From Macrostomum lignano (lineage: Eukaryota): a stretch of 64,000 nt of DNA. The position numbers were made by a program, and so were the translations under genes. The stretch spans positions 62,001 to 126,000 of the forward strand of contig NIVC01000894.1 of the NCBI GenBank assembly GCA_002269645.1, in the 5' to 3' direction. Below the pieces are notes generated by a model, which was not told the DNA's origin, searched no databases, and saw only the letters and a list, made by a program, of their open reading frames with translations. Of this stretch, positions 11,758 through 28,300 are shown one piece after another. Within the stretch, counting starts at the first letter, position 1. Every line of letters starts with the position of its first letter.

Positions 11758-13535
11758 ATGGTGAAGCCACCTTTGACAAACTCTGTTAGAGTTTTCAGCA
11801 GATTTAAACTATTTCTTTTGATTTTCTTCATCGTTCATATCGCGCAACCGGTGGCATGTGAGCTGGAGTACTCCACTCCTGTCCCGACTCCCGTCAAGCA
11901 CCATGCCACCGGGAAGCAGCGAGAGCAACTGCTCCAGCTGAAAAGCATCGTTACCAGTGCTTTGAGATCATCGTCGACAAGCCGCATCAACGGATCTACG
12001 GAATCAGCCATCGACAGTGCGTCGCCAATTGAAACGAAGTCACGGGGCAAGACTACATCGAAACCGAAGTACTGGTGGATTTCCAAGCCATTCTTCATCG
12101 CCAGCATCTCCGCCGGATGCGCGTCGCTTGTCGTCCTGGTGCTTCTGTGCATCGTCTGCACGCCGCTGTGCAACAGCGTCGACTGCCCATGTCGGAAAGG
12201 ATTTTCATCCGGTGGCAAGGCCGACTTGGGAGACGGCTCGTCCGATGGCGGCTCGCTCTGCCAGGAGGCCGCCATCGCTGACTGCCCCTCGCCCTACGGT
12301 GTCATCCGGTACCTGATGACCTACAACCAGGATATTGAAGAACTCACCGTGCTTGTGAAAGGCTGCACAGATCTGCCTAGAAACATATCGGGCACGCTCA
12401 ACCCTTATATTCTGGTCCGGATTGTGAGCAAGGACGGGGCCGGCGCTGCCCTGAGCGAGACGGAGGCAATCGCCACGCCTGTGGAGCGCGGCACAACCAG
12501 TCCGGAGTTCAACTATCCCTGCAGCTTCAAGCTGGCCAAGGCCGACCTCACCAAGGCCGCGGTGAAGTTCGAAGTTTACGACCGCGACGAAGTGTCCAAG
12601 GAGCCGGCGCTCCTGGCCCGGTGCCGGCACAATCTGGAGGATCGGCGCTGCGGAAATGAGATCGACGACCTGCTGATCAACACTGCGACGGATGAGAAGC
12701 ACGTGTTCCGCCGCAGGCTGAAGCGCGGCTTGGCGGCAGACTGCGGCCCAGGCGAAATCTGCGTGCTGCTGCGTCGGGGCGGCGCTGATGAAGCGCCGTT
12801 GATGGTACGAGTTATCGAGTGCAAAGGTGTGAAGAACTTTGGCACTGGCCCAGAAAGTATATGGAGTAGAAACTTTAAGCCAGAGACAACTCGAGCCTGA
12901 ACACACTAAACTCCCATTTTCTAGACTAAATTGCGACCCTAATCCCCTATAGCTGCGATAGGAGCTTTGCAGAATGTAGCTTTTACCCTGTTTAGGCAAT
13001 GTGACCTAGTTAAGTAGCCTGAGTCATTCTATGCAGCAGAAAGTTTATTAAATTGCTGAATAAACCTACAGGTGTTCACCTGAAACAGTCCGACGGACAG
13101 TTGGACAAGCACAACCTGCCCAACACCTTCGTTGAGCTGATGCTGATGGAGCCGAACGGACCGATCCACGTCAAACGGAGCGACACTGTGGATAAGAGCC
13201 GCAACCCCTACTTTAACGAGGAGTTCAGCTTCCCAGCCATGCCAGCTGATCGACTTCGGCACTGCGCCCTCCGGCTCAGCCTGGTGCACGTCAGCGACTT
13301 CCTGCGCAGTAAGCAAGCGGTCGGCTCGGTTGAGCTTTCAGCCGATGATGACGGAGCGAGTGGCGAGAGCGATCGGCGCTTCCGACTAGCTCGGGAACAC
13401 TGGCTGAGCATCACCGAGTCGAAGGCGCAGCAGCAGCAGCAGGCGGTGTCGAAGTGCTGCTGGCACAGTCTGGTGGCTCCCGACGAGGAGATGCATCTGC
13501 GACGTGCGCGAGCGATGAACGCAGCGAGGAAGTAG
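11758..13535 (+). CDS. Synaptotagmin-like protein (TM + C2A + C2B); exons 11758-12856 and 13072-13535
   Basis: TM FFIASISAGCASLVVLVLLCIVC followed by a Cys cluster; C2A (YGVIRYLMTY..LTVLVKGCTDL..NPYILV..PEFN..KFEVYDRD); C2B (GEICVLL..VRVIECKGV..NTFVEL..NPYFNEEFSF); C-terminal WHSL motif; phase-1 join GAA A|GT. Confidence 0.85.
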
Positions 13536-14218
13536 ATTCCGGATGCTGTGTATGGCTTACTGAGTCTTGCCTCTGATACATCGACGCAACTAATGACAAC
13601 GAAATGTTCTTGTCAAAATGGTCTGACTCTGTATTCTAACCCGTAACGCACAGTTTAGTACTCTCGATTCTTACCATCATTTTCACTTTATTAGCTTTGC
13701 AGATAACAAATATCAACAAGTGTTTATGAGAAATTTTTGTGGAAATGAGATGTGAAGCGAGTTATATAATTTAGCTCGTATTTTCTTTTATCTGCTAACA
13801 CACAAATTTTTTTTTCAAACGCATTGTATTAAAAAACTCAAATAGACGAACTATACACTCACTGACTTCATTGCAAAACTGGCCGGAATGTCTAAAAGTT
13901 GATTCCCTTCAGTTCCTGTCTCTATCATAGCGCATTTCGACGGATTCAGTCTATGGTGAAATCCAACGCTTCGTCTTGCATGTATACTAACACAGCGTAC
14001 ATGTTTCCTGTCTCCTGCAGTCAACTATTCCTTACCTCTAACAATATTTCTTTGACTTTATTAGGCGAAACACATACAGTTGTTTTATTCTTAACTCGAA
14101 AGTGTATTAGTCGAGTCATGTTTAATTTAGTGCTAAAGAACTGGGCTAATACAATGAAAACCCGTGTCCTTATGCTTAAAATTGTTTTGCACGAGCTTCA
14201 GACGCTTATATGGACTGT

Positions 14219-17933
<3,715 letters not shown>

Positions 17934-17974
17934 GCGTGAAGCAAACTGCGGCTGGATGATGGAGTAGCGCGATT

Positions 17975-18210
17975 TGAAGTCACTGAGTGAATGATATTGG
18001 GGTCACTGATGAATCTGAGGTCACTGAGTTAATGATATTTGGGTCACTGAAGATCTGAGGTCACTGAGTGACTGATATTGGGTCACTAAAGGATATGAGG
18101 TCACTGAATGAAGGATATGGGAGTCATTGCAGATCTGAGGTCACTCAGTGAATAGAATCGGGTCACTGACAGATCGGTGGGTCACTGATGGATTTGTAGA
18201 TCACTGAATG
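17975..18210. repeat. Degenerate ~20-bp repeat with GGTCACTGA core
   Basis: About 11 occurrences of G(G/A)GTCACTGA at ~20-bp spacing. Confidence 0.75.
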
Positions 18211-19382
18211 GTTTATGGTTCACCAACACATTGGTGCTGAGTGCATGAAGCAATTCGTGTACAGCACAAGAATCTTGAAATCAGGTGTAAATTTGTAAGT
18301 GCAAATCGTACGTGTTATGCATTCTGCATCAACCTAAACATACAAAACTTGCTTACCCGACGACTGGTCTGCTTGAGCAGTCAGGAAAATCAGGATCAAA
18401 GCAGTGAGTACAACAGCAGTACAAAGTTTTCGCCCCATCAACCTGGTTAGTTACTCAGTGTGCAGTCTTTGCTCTTCTGAATTCCAGCTTGAGTCGATGC
18501 GAGATGATTCTCAATGTATATTTTATAGTTGAGGCTCTTCTCTCGTATGGTTGTTCCATGCTAATTTTGCTACCTTTAAATCAATAATTAAGCAGCTAAC
18601 CAGTCAGGTGAGTCACATATGCTTATAACTATCTGCACTGCGAAATATAAGGACATCTTAGTCATCTCTTTCATACGATCGTTATTTAGACCAAGTTTTT
18701 GTTATAAATGGGTCGCGAAAATCCTAAATTTTTACCGACAAGATCTGGTTGGGAAGAGCAAAAGTCAGTCGAGGTTCTTCTTGGGCCGCAACATCGACTT
18801 GAATTTCGCCCGGGGGGACGCAAAAGGCGAAAAATTGAAAAATCTGCTCGCGTCAAAAAAAAGTTCTCAAACACTTTTTTGAAGAAATTTAATCTTCTTA
18901 TTTTGTCAGAAAATTTGATCCCAGCTTAATTTTCACTGTGCACTTGAGGGCTTCAATTTTTGAAACTTTTGCACCTGGTGCCGCAAAAAAGTAACTTCTG
19001 TTGCGCTCTTGAAGTTCGGATGCCGAAAGAACTGAAAAATGAAAAAAATGGCTCAGGTTTCAGCTGAAAGTAGCTGCACTCTATGCAGCAACGGCAGCTG
19101 TCTTTGACTAAAATGCCAAACTGCAGATTGAGAAAGGCGCGATGGAACGCCGGGGGCGAAATCCGACACTTTCAACGAGAGCTCAATGGTTGTTGAGCGG
19201 TTGCTGCGTCAGCGAATTTTATTCTAGATAAAAACTGCGCCAGTTTGCGGCAATCCGAGGGCCAAGATCAGCTCTGCAAACTCAGTTTCTGAGTTTCAAT
19301 CTCAGCGCTACTCTAACTGAAGAAAACTTGTGCGACACTCGTCCGAACCAGTGGCTTGTCCGACACTGGTTGAACTGAAGAC

Positions 19383-22300
19383 ATGGGACTCTTCAATAGG
19401 GCTTCTGGCGGCCTCCTGTGGCTGGCTGTGATCGCCCTGTGCTCGGAGGCTGCGCTTGGTGAGTCATTGTGATGATCCTCTCTGAGTGACCTGCTCCGGT
19501 AGATGGTTAGATCGGTAGATAGCTTGGTTTAGAGTGATCTGCTTCGGTTGAGTGCATTAGTTTAGGTTCTAGAGTGATCTGCTTTGGCTGAGTGCATTAG
19601 TTTAGGTTCTAGAGTGATCTGCTTTGGCTGAGTGCATTAGTTTAGGTTCTAGAGTAATCTGTTCTGGTTGAGGCCAGCCTGCTCCAGAATGATCCCGCTA
19701 CGCCACTGACAGGTCGCATACTCGAGACGCTCAACTGCACTCAAAGCTCCGTCGCCTTCAACGGTCAATGCGGCCGCGCTCTGGACGGAAATACGGCGAG
19801 GAACTACGGCCGCAATTCGTGCACCCACACCAAGCAGCAGCCGCGGCCCTGGTGGCAGGCCACCCTCAAGAATGTCTCCCGGGTGAAGGCAATCCGCATC
19901 TTCAACCGTGGCGACTGCTGCGCCGAACGGCTGAACAGTTTCACCGTCCAGGTTGACGGTCGGGTCTGCGCGGTGCACAAATCCGCCAAGCCGTTCGACG
20001 TCAAGAAGCTCGCCTGCAACATGAACGGCCGCGTGGTGCGCATCGTCAACACTGGCGGCACCATTCTGACCCTGTGCGAGGTGCAGATCATTGGCTGGCC
20101 AGTGCGACCGCCAGGTAAGCTCGTAATGGGCAACTCCCTGCGGTATCACGTCCGACTCTCATGCTAACGTACCTGGATCCTGCTTCTTGATTTTTCTGCA
20201 GTTTTCTAATTTCAATTTCTTTTAACCTTCAATACCGCCGCCTCGCACCTGCAGGCAGCTGCAGCAAGGCCAAGGCCCAGCTGTTGATCAAGAAGCTTCA
20301 ACTGGCCAAGAAGCAACTGAAGCGAGGCATTAGAAATGCGCGCACTGCCTTCACTAAGGCCGCTAAGGCGATCCGCCAGCAGCAGAAGAAACGTGAGCTT
20401 TTTTGCATGTTGCATGACTACGGGGGTTCTGAGCTATGAATCCATCTTTTGTATGACGACTCAGACCTAGCAGACGCGATTTTTGGCTTAAGTTAGTGAT
20501 GGCTCTACGACCATTGTGAGCTGTGGTTCTATGAACAGTGTGAGCTGTGGTTCTATGACCAGTGTGAGCTGTGGTTATATGACCAGTGTGAGCTGTGGTT
20601 CTATGACCAGTGTGAGCTGTGGTTTTATGACTCTTGTGAGCTATTGGTTTTATGACCATTGTGAGCTATGTTTTTATGGCCATTGTGATTTATGATTTTA
20701 TGACCATTTTAAGCTATGATTCTATGACCAGATTGACCATGAATCCATGACTCAAATGAGCCATCACTCTGTCAGAGTATGACGCCACGGTACCAGTCAT
20801 TTACTTGCCCAATCTCGCCTCCCCAGAGATGCCTCTGCGCCGCACCTGCGAGCACAGCGTCGGAACCTTCGCCTGTCCCAAGGGCTACACCGTGAGCATC
20901 CAGCAGGCGATGTATGGCCGCCAGTCCACCAAGTTCTGCCCCCGAGGCCGCCTGTCCGCCCGCACGAACTGTGCAGCTAAGAAAGCGCTGGCCATCGCCA
21001 AGTCCCGCTGCCGAGGCCGCCAGTCCTGTCAGGTGCCCGCCAGAAATTCTATCTTCGGCGACCCCTGCCCCGGCACCTTCAAGTACCTGCAGATCAGCTA
21101 CAGATGCGTGCAGAGACCCGGACAGGTTCGAAACCGACTCAAGGCTGTCAGGAGAAGGTACCGCTCTAGCAAGCGCCAGCTTATGGCCCAATTCAGAGCG
21201 AAGAAGATCGGACTGAAGGCCAAGATTGTCACTGAGAAGAGGCGATATAAGCGGTGCATCGGAGGCAGTAAGCAAGCCAATAAGATTCTAAATTGAAGCG
21301 TTCAAAATCACAGTCAAAATCTTAGCTTAGGGTCATATCGGTCCCTTGCGTGGGTGGTATTCGGCTATTCTAGTTTATGGAGGGGTTGTAGCCGAAAGGG
21401 TTCTAGTCTAGTGGTTAGAGCATCGGACTCACGACTGAAAGGTTGAGAGTTCGATCCCCGATCCCAATTGGAACAATCTGTGTCCTTGAGCAAGACAATT
21501 AACTCTGCATTGCTTCAGTTCACCCAGCTGTAAAATGGGTGCCAGCATTAGCTGAGGTAATTGAAGGTGTGTGTGTGGCGACCCCCCAGTCCTTGGACTG
21601 AACAGCCGTACGCAGCCTTCAGATGCGCCGGGCAATAGCTGCGACTGAGCTGTCGATTGCACATCTTCCTGTTAGGGCAGGGGTGATCAATTACTATTAC
21701 GAGCGTACTATTAGTATAGTTCATGGAGATTTAGTTAGAAAAATTGGGTCGCCGTTAGCCTTTTACGCTTGTAGATTGAACGAAATTAAATATGCGCTTC
21801 TATTAGCATCTCCGCTTTAAGATTCGTTGCTATCCCATGAATTTCAGTGTCTTGTCAGGGTGGCCAGAGCAGAGCACTGAAACAGGCGCTGGCCCAGGAG
21901 CAGCAAAGGCATAAGACTGCGTTGGCAAATGCGCAGCGAGCCAAGACTTCGGAGCTGGCTGGCGTTGCTGGAAAGCGGATTGTCAGTGAGTTCACAGGAT
22001 GTTAAAATACTGATTTTCTGAGAGCTGCCATGCATTTCACACCCATGAGTCCTGACAAAAGTCAGTACCGGAAAAATAGTTTCCGAAATTAAATGTTCCA
22101 ACCATCAAACGCCTCCCTCAGCCAAACCCGAGACTCGAACTTGCGAGAATCACGTCCAGAGCATCACCTGCCCAGCTGGCTACGTTATTAAGCTGCTCAG
22201 CGTCTTCTACGGTCGAAAGGACGCCGCCAGCTGTCCTCATCCGCAAATCCGCACCATCAAGTGCCAGGCTCGAAATGCGGTTGTCAAGGTACGAGCCGCC

Positions 22301-25300
22301 TGTGACGGCAAACAGTCTTGCAAATTGCAGTCCAGCAATTCCGTGTTTGGTGATCCTTGCCCCGGCACCTACAAGTACATGCTGGTCAGGCACTCATGCC
22401 AGATGACTGACGCCAAGCTGAAAGCGGTTCGCGCCGCCGTGGACGCCAGATACCGCAGCACTGTCGCACGCCTTGGCAAGCAACACCTGGCTAAGGTAAA
22501 GAGTTTCACTGCCCAGCTCAACTTGGCCACTGCAAGGCACAAAGCTTGCGTTATTAAGCGAAGACGGGCCCGAAGCTTCACCCGGCAGCTGCAGCTGAAC
22601 ACCGAAAGCCTGCGACGACGGCTGGTTTGGATTACGGCGGCTCTGAAACGAAGGCGCCTAAGAGCAAGGCGAAGAGAAGCCCAGTGCGCCAAGGAGAAGA
22701 AATTGCAGAACGAAATCGTGAGGCGCAGTGTTCGGTTGCTAATCAAACGTCGCAATAACAAACCTTTAAAGTCGGGAAAAGAGATCCAGAAGCTAAAGAG
22801 ACTGCTTATAAAGCGGCGACAAATGCGACGAAGAGCGGCAAAAAGACGCCAGAGAAAGGCCGCGACGAGACGCAGGAGGATTGCGAGAAGAAACAAAAGA
22901 CGCCAGAGAAAGGCACCGAAAAAGAACAGGAGACAGAGACAGACCTCAAAAAAGAGCAGAAGACGCCAGAGAAGAAGCAGACTCGCAATCCGACGACGCA
23001 GACGAGCAGCAAAGAGACGCGCTGCAATCCGAAGACGCAGACTGGATATCCAAAGACGTAGACGCGCGGCAAAGAGACGCGCAGCAATCCGAAAACGTAG
23101 ACTGGCGATCCGAAGACGCAGACTCGCAATCCGACGACGTAAGCGCGCTGCCAAGAGACGCGCTGCAATCCGAAGACGCAGACCCGCGGCAAAGAAACGC
23201 GCTGCAATCCGACGACGCAGACTGGCAATCCGAAGACGCAGACGCGCTGCGAAGAGACGCGCAGCGAAGAGACGCGCTGCAATCCGAAGACGCAGACGCG
23301 CTGCCAAGAGACGCGCAGCGAAGAGACGCGCTGCAATCCGAAGACGCAGACGCGCTGCCAAGAGACGCGCAGCGAAGAGACGCGCTGCAATCCGAAGACG
23401 CAGACTGGCAATCCGAAGACGCAGACGCGCTGCCAAGAGACGAGCAGCAAAGAGACGCGCGGCAAAGGGACGTCCTGCAATCCGAAGACGCAGACTCGCA
23501 ATCCGAAGACGCAGACGCGCTGCCAAGAGACGCGCAGCGAAGAGACGCGCTGCAATCCGAAGACGCAGACTGGCAATCCGAAGACGCAGACGCGCTGCCA
23601 AGAGACGAGCAGCAAAGAGACGCGCGGCAAAGGGACGTCCTGCAATCCGAAGACGCAGACTCGCAATCCGAAGACGCAGACGCGCTGCCAAGAGACGCGC
23701 AGCGAAGAGACGCGCTGCAATCCGAAGACGCAGACTGGCAATCCGAAGACGCAGACGCGCTGCCAAGAGACGAGCAGCAAAGAGACGCGCGGCAAAGGGA
23801 CGTCCTGCAATCCGAAGACGCAGACTCGCAATCCGAAGACGCAGACGCGCTGCCAAAAGACGCGCAGCGAAGAGACGCGCTGCAATCCGAAGACGCAGAC
23901 TGGCAATCCGAAGACGCAGACGCGCTGCCAAGAGACGAGCAGCAAAGAGACGCGTGGCAAAGGGACGTCCTGCAATCCGAAGACGCAGACTCGCAATCCG
24001 AAGACGCAGACGCGCTGCCAAGAGACGCGCAGCGAAGAGACGCGCTGCAATCCGAAGACGCAGACTGGCAATCCGAAGACGCAGACGCGCTGCCAAGAGA
24101 CGAGCAGCAAAGAGACGCGCGGCAAAGGGACGTCCTGCAATCCGAAGACGCAGACTCGCAATCCGAAGACGCAAACTGGCAATCCGAAGACGTAAACTGG
24201 CAATCCGAAGACGAAGACGCGCGGCAAAGAGACGCGCTGCCAAGAGACGCGCAGCAAAGAGACGCGCAGTAAAGAGACGTCTTGCAATCCGAAGACGCAG
24301 ACGCGCTGCCAAGAGAAGCGCAGCAAAGAGACGCGCTGCAATCCGAAGACGCAGACTCGCAATCCGACGACGCAGACTGGCTATTCGAAAACGCAGACTC
24401 GCAATCCGACGACGCAAACTGGCAATCCGAAGACGTAGGCGCGCTGCCAAGAGACGCGCTGCAATCCGAAGACGCAGACTCGCAATCCAACGACGCAAAC
24501 TGGCAATCCGAAGACGCAGACGCGCTGCCAAGAGACGCGCAGCAAAGAGACGCGCTGCAAAGAGACGTGCTGCAATCCGAAGACGCAGACTCGCAATCCG
24601 ACGACGCAAACTGGCAATCCGAAGACGCAGACTGGCTATTCGAAAACGCAGACTCGCAATCCGACGACGCAAACTGGCAATCCGAAGACGAAGACGCGCG
24701 GCAAAGAGACGCGCTGCCAAGAGACGCGCAGCAAAGAGACGCGCAGTAAAGAGACGTCTTGCAATCCGAAGACGCAGACGCGCTGCCAAGAGACGCGCAG
24801 CAAAGAGACGCGCTGCAATCCGAAGACGCAGACTCGCAATCCGACGACGCAGACTGGCTATTCGAAAACGCAGACTCGCAATCCGACGACGCAAACTGGC
24901 AATCCGAAGACGTAGGCGCGCTGCCAAGAGACGCGCTGCAATCCGAAGACGCAGACTCGCAATCCAACGACGCAAACTGGCAATCCGAAGACGCAGACGC
25001 GCTGCCAAGAGACGCGCAGCAAAGAGACGCGCTGCAAAGAGACGTGCTGCAATCCGAAGACGCAGACTCGCAATCCGACGACGCAAACTGGCAATCCGAA
25101 GACGTAGGCGCGCTGCAAAGAGACGCGCAGCAAAGAGACGCGCTGCCAAGAGACGCGCAGCAAAGAGACGCGCAGTAAAGAGACGTCTTGCAATCCGAAG
25201 ACGCAGACGCGCTGCCAAGAGAAGCGCAGCAAAGAGACGCGCTGCAATCCGAAGACGCAGACTCGCAATCCGACGACGCAGACTGGCTATTCGAAAACGC

Positions 25301-28300
25301 AGACTCGCAATCCGACGACGCAAACTGGCAATCCGAAGACGTAGGCGCGCTGCCAAGAGACGCGCTGCAATCCGAAGACGCAGACTCGCAATCCAACGAC
25401 GCAAACTGGCAATCCGAAGACGCAGACGCGCTGCCAAGAGACGCGCAGCAAAGAGACGCGCTGCAAAGAGACGTGCTGCAATCCGAAGACGCAGACTCGC
25501 AATCCGACGACGCAAACTGGCAATCCGAAGACGTAGGCGCGCTGCAAAGAGACGCGCAGCAAAGAGACGCGCGGCAAAGAGACGCGCTGCCAAGAGACGC
25601 GCTGCAAAGAGACGCGCTGCCAAGAGACGCGCGGCAATCCGTAGACGCAAACTAGCAATTCGACGACGCAAACTAGCAATCCGACGACGCAAACTAGCAA
25701 TCCGAAGACGTAGGCGCGCTGCAAAGAGACGCGCAGCAAAGAGACGCGCTGCAAAGAGACGCGCTGCAATCCGAAGACGCAGACTCGCAATCCGACGACG
25801 CAAACTGGCAATCCGAAGACGTAGGCGCGCTGCAAAGAGACGCGCAGCAAAGAGACGCGCGGCAAAGAGACGCGCTGCCAAGAGACGCGCTGCAAAGAGA
25901 CGCGCTGCCAAGAGACGCGCGGCAATCCGTAGACGCAAACTAGCAATCCGACGACGCAAACTAGCAATCCGAAGACGTAGGCGCGCTGCAAAGAGACGCG
26001 CTGCCAAGAGACGCGCTGCAAAGAGACGCGCTGCAAAGAGACGTGCTGCAATCCGAAGACGCAGACTCGCAATCCGACGACGCAAACTGGCAATTCGAAG
26101 ACGTAGGCGCGCTGCAAAGAGACGCGCAGCAAAGAGACGCGTGGCAAAGAGACGCGCTGCAAAGAGACGCGCTGCAAAGAGACGCGCTGCCAAGAGACGC
26201 GCGGCAATCCGTAGACGCAGACTCGCAATCCGAAGACGCAGACTGGCAATTCGAAAACGCAGACTGGCAATCCGAAGACGCAGACTGGCAATCCGAAGAC
26301 GCAGAATGGCTATTCGAAAACGCAGACTCGCAATCCGACGACGCAAACTGGCAATCCGAAGACGCAGACGCGCTGCCAAGAGACGCGCTGCCCAGAGACG
26401 CGCTGCAAAGAGACGCGCGGTAATCCGTAGACGCAGACTCCAAATCCGAAGACGCAGACGCGCTGCAAAGAGACGCGCTGCCAAGAGACGCGCTGCCAAG
26501 AGACGCGCTGCAAAGAGACGCGCTGCAATCCGAAGACGAAGACTCGCAATCCGAAGACGCAGACGCGCTGCCAAGAGACGAGCAGCAAAGAGACGCGCAG
26601 CAAAGAGACGCGCGGCAAAGAGACGCGCTGCCAAGAGACGCGCTGCAAAGAGACGCGCTGCCAAGAGACGCGCGGCAATCCGTAGACGCAGACTCCAAAT
26701 CCGAAGACGAAGACGCACTGCAAAGAGACGCGCTGCCAAGAGAGGCGCTGCCAAGAGACGCGCTGCAAAGAGACGCGCTGCAATCCGAAGACGCAGACTC
26801 GCAATCCGACGACGCAAACTGGCAATCCGAAGACGTAGGCGCGCTGCAAAGAGACGCGCAGCAAAGAGACGCGCGGCAAAGAAACGCGCTGCCAAGAGAC
26901 GCGCTGCAAAGAGACGCGCTGCCAAGAGACGCGCGGCAATCCGTAGACGCAAACTAGCAATCCGACGACGCAAACTAGCAATCCGAAGACGAAGACGCGC
27001 TGCAAAGAGACGCGCTGCCAAGAGACGCGCTGCAAAGAGACGCGTTGCAAAGAGACGCGCTGCCAAGAGACGCGCGGCAATCCGTAGACGCAAACTAGCA
27101 ATCCGAAGACGCAGACGCGCTGCCAAGAGACGCGCTGCAAAGAGACGCGCTGCAATCCGAAGACGCAGACTCGCAATCCGACGACGCAAACTGGCAATTC
27201 GAAGACGTAGGCGCGCTGCAAAGAGACGCGCAGCAAAGAGACGCGTGGCAAAGAGACGCGCTGCACAGAGACGCGCTGCAAAGAGACGCGCTGCCAAGAG
27301 ACGCGCGGCAATCCGTAGACGCAGACTCGCAATCCGAAGACGCAGACTGGCAATTCGAAAACGCAGACTGGCAATCCGAAGACGCAGACTGGCAATCCGA
27401 AGACGCAGAATGGCTATTCGAAAACGCAGACTCGCAATCCGACGACGCAAACTGGCAATCCGAAGACGCAGACGCGCTGCCAAGAGACGCGCTGCAAAGA
27501 GACGCGCTGCAAAGAGACGCGCTGCAATCCGAAGACGCAGACTCGCAATCCGACGACGCAAACTGGCAATCCGAAGACGCAGGCGCGCTGCCAAGAGACG
27601 CGCTGCAAAGAGACGCGCTGCAAAGAGACGCGCTGCAATCCGAAGACGCAGACTCGCAATCCGAAGACGCAGACTCGCAATCCGACGACGCAAACTGGCA
27701 ATCCGAAGACGTAGGCGCGCAGCCAAGAGACGCGCTGCCAAGAGACGCGCTTCCAAAAGACGCGCTGCCAAGAGACGCGCTGCAAAGAGACGCGCTGCCA
27801 AAAGACGCGCGGTAATCCGTAGACGCAGACTCCAAACCCGAAGACGAAGACGCGCTGCAAAGAGACGCGCTGCAAAGAGACGCGCTGATAAGAGACGCGC
27901 TGCAAAGAGACGCGCTGCAATCCGAAGACGCAGACTCGCAATCCGGAGACGCAGACGCGCTGCCAAGAGACGCGCAGCAAAGAGACGCGTGGCAAAGAGA
28001 CGCGCTGCAAAGAGACGCGCTGCAAAGAGACGCGCAGCAAAGAGACGCGCTGCTAAGAGACGCGCTGCAAAGAGACGCGCTGCCAAGAGACGCGCGGCAA
28101 TCCGTAGACGCAAACTAGCAATCCGAAGACGCAAACTGGCAATCCGAAGACGCAGACTCGCAATCCGACGACGCAAACTGGCAATCCGAAGACGTAGGCG
28201 CGCTGCAAAGAGACGCGCTGCAAAGAGACGCGCTGCCAAGAGACGCGCGGCAATCCGTAGACGCAAACTAGCAATCCGAAGACGCAGACGCGCTGCCAAG

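Noticed and set aside
19350-19376. 8-bp stem hairpin (AACCAGTG/CACTGGTT) just upstream of the giant gene's ATG
   Set aside because: It is too short to distinguish from chance without conservation data.
21382-21460. tRNA gene (also 1670-1739)
   Set aside because: A and B boxes are present, but they continue into a shared SINE body and I could not form a cloverleaf.
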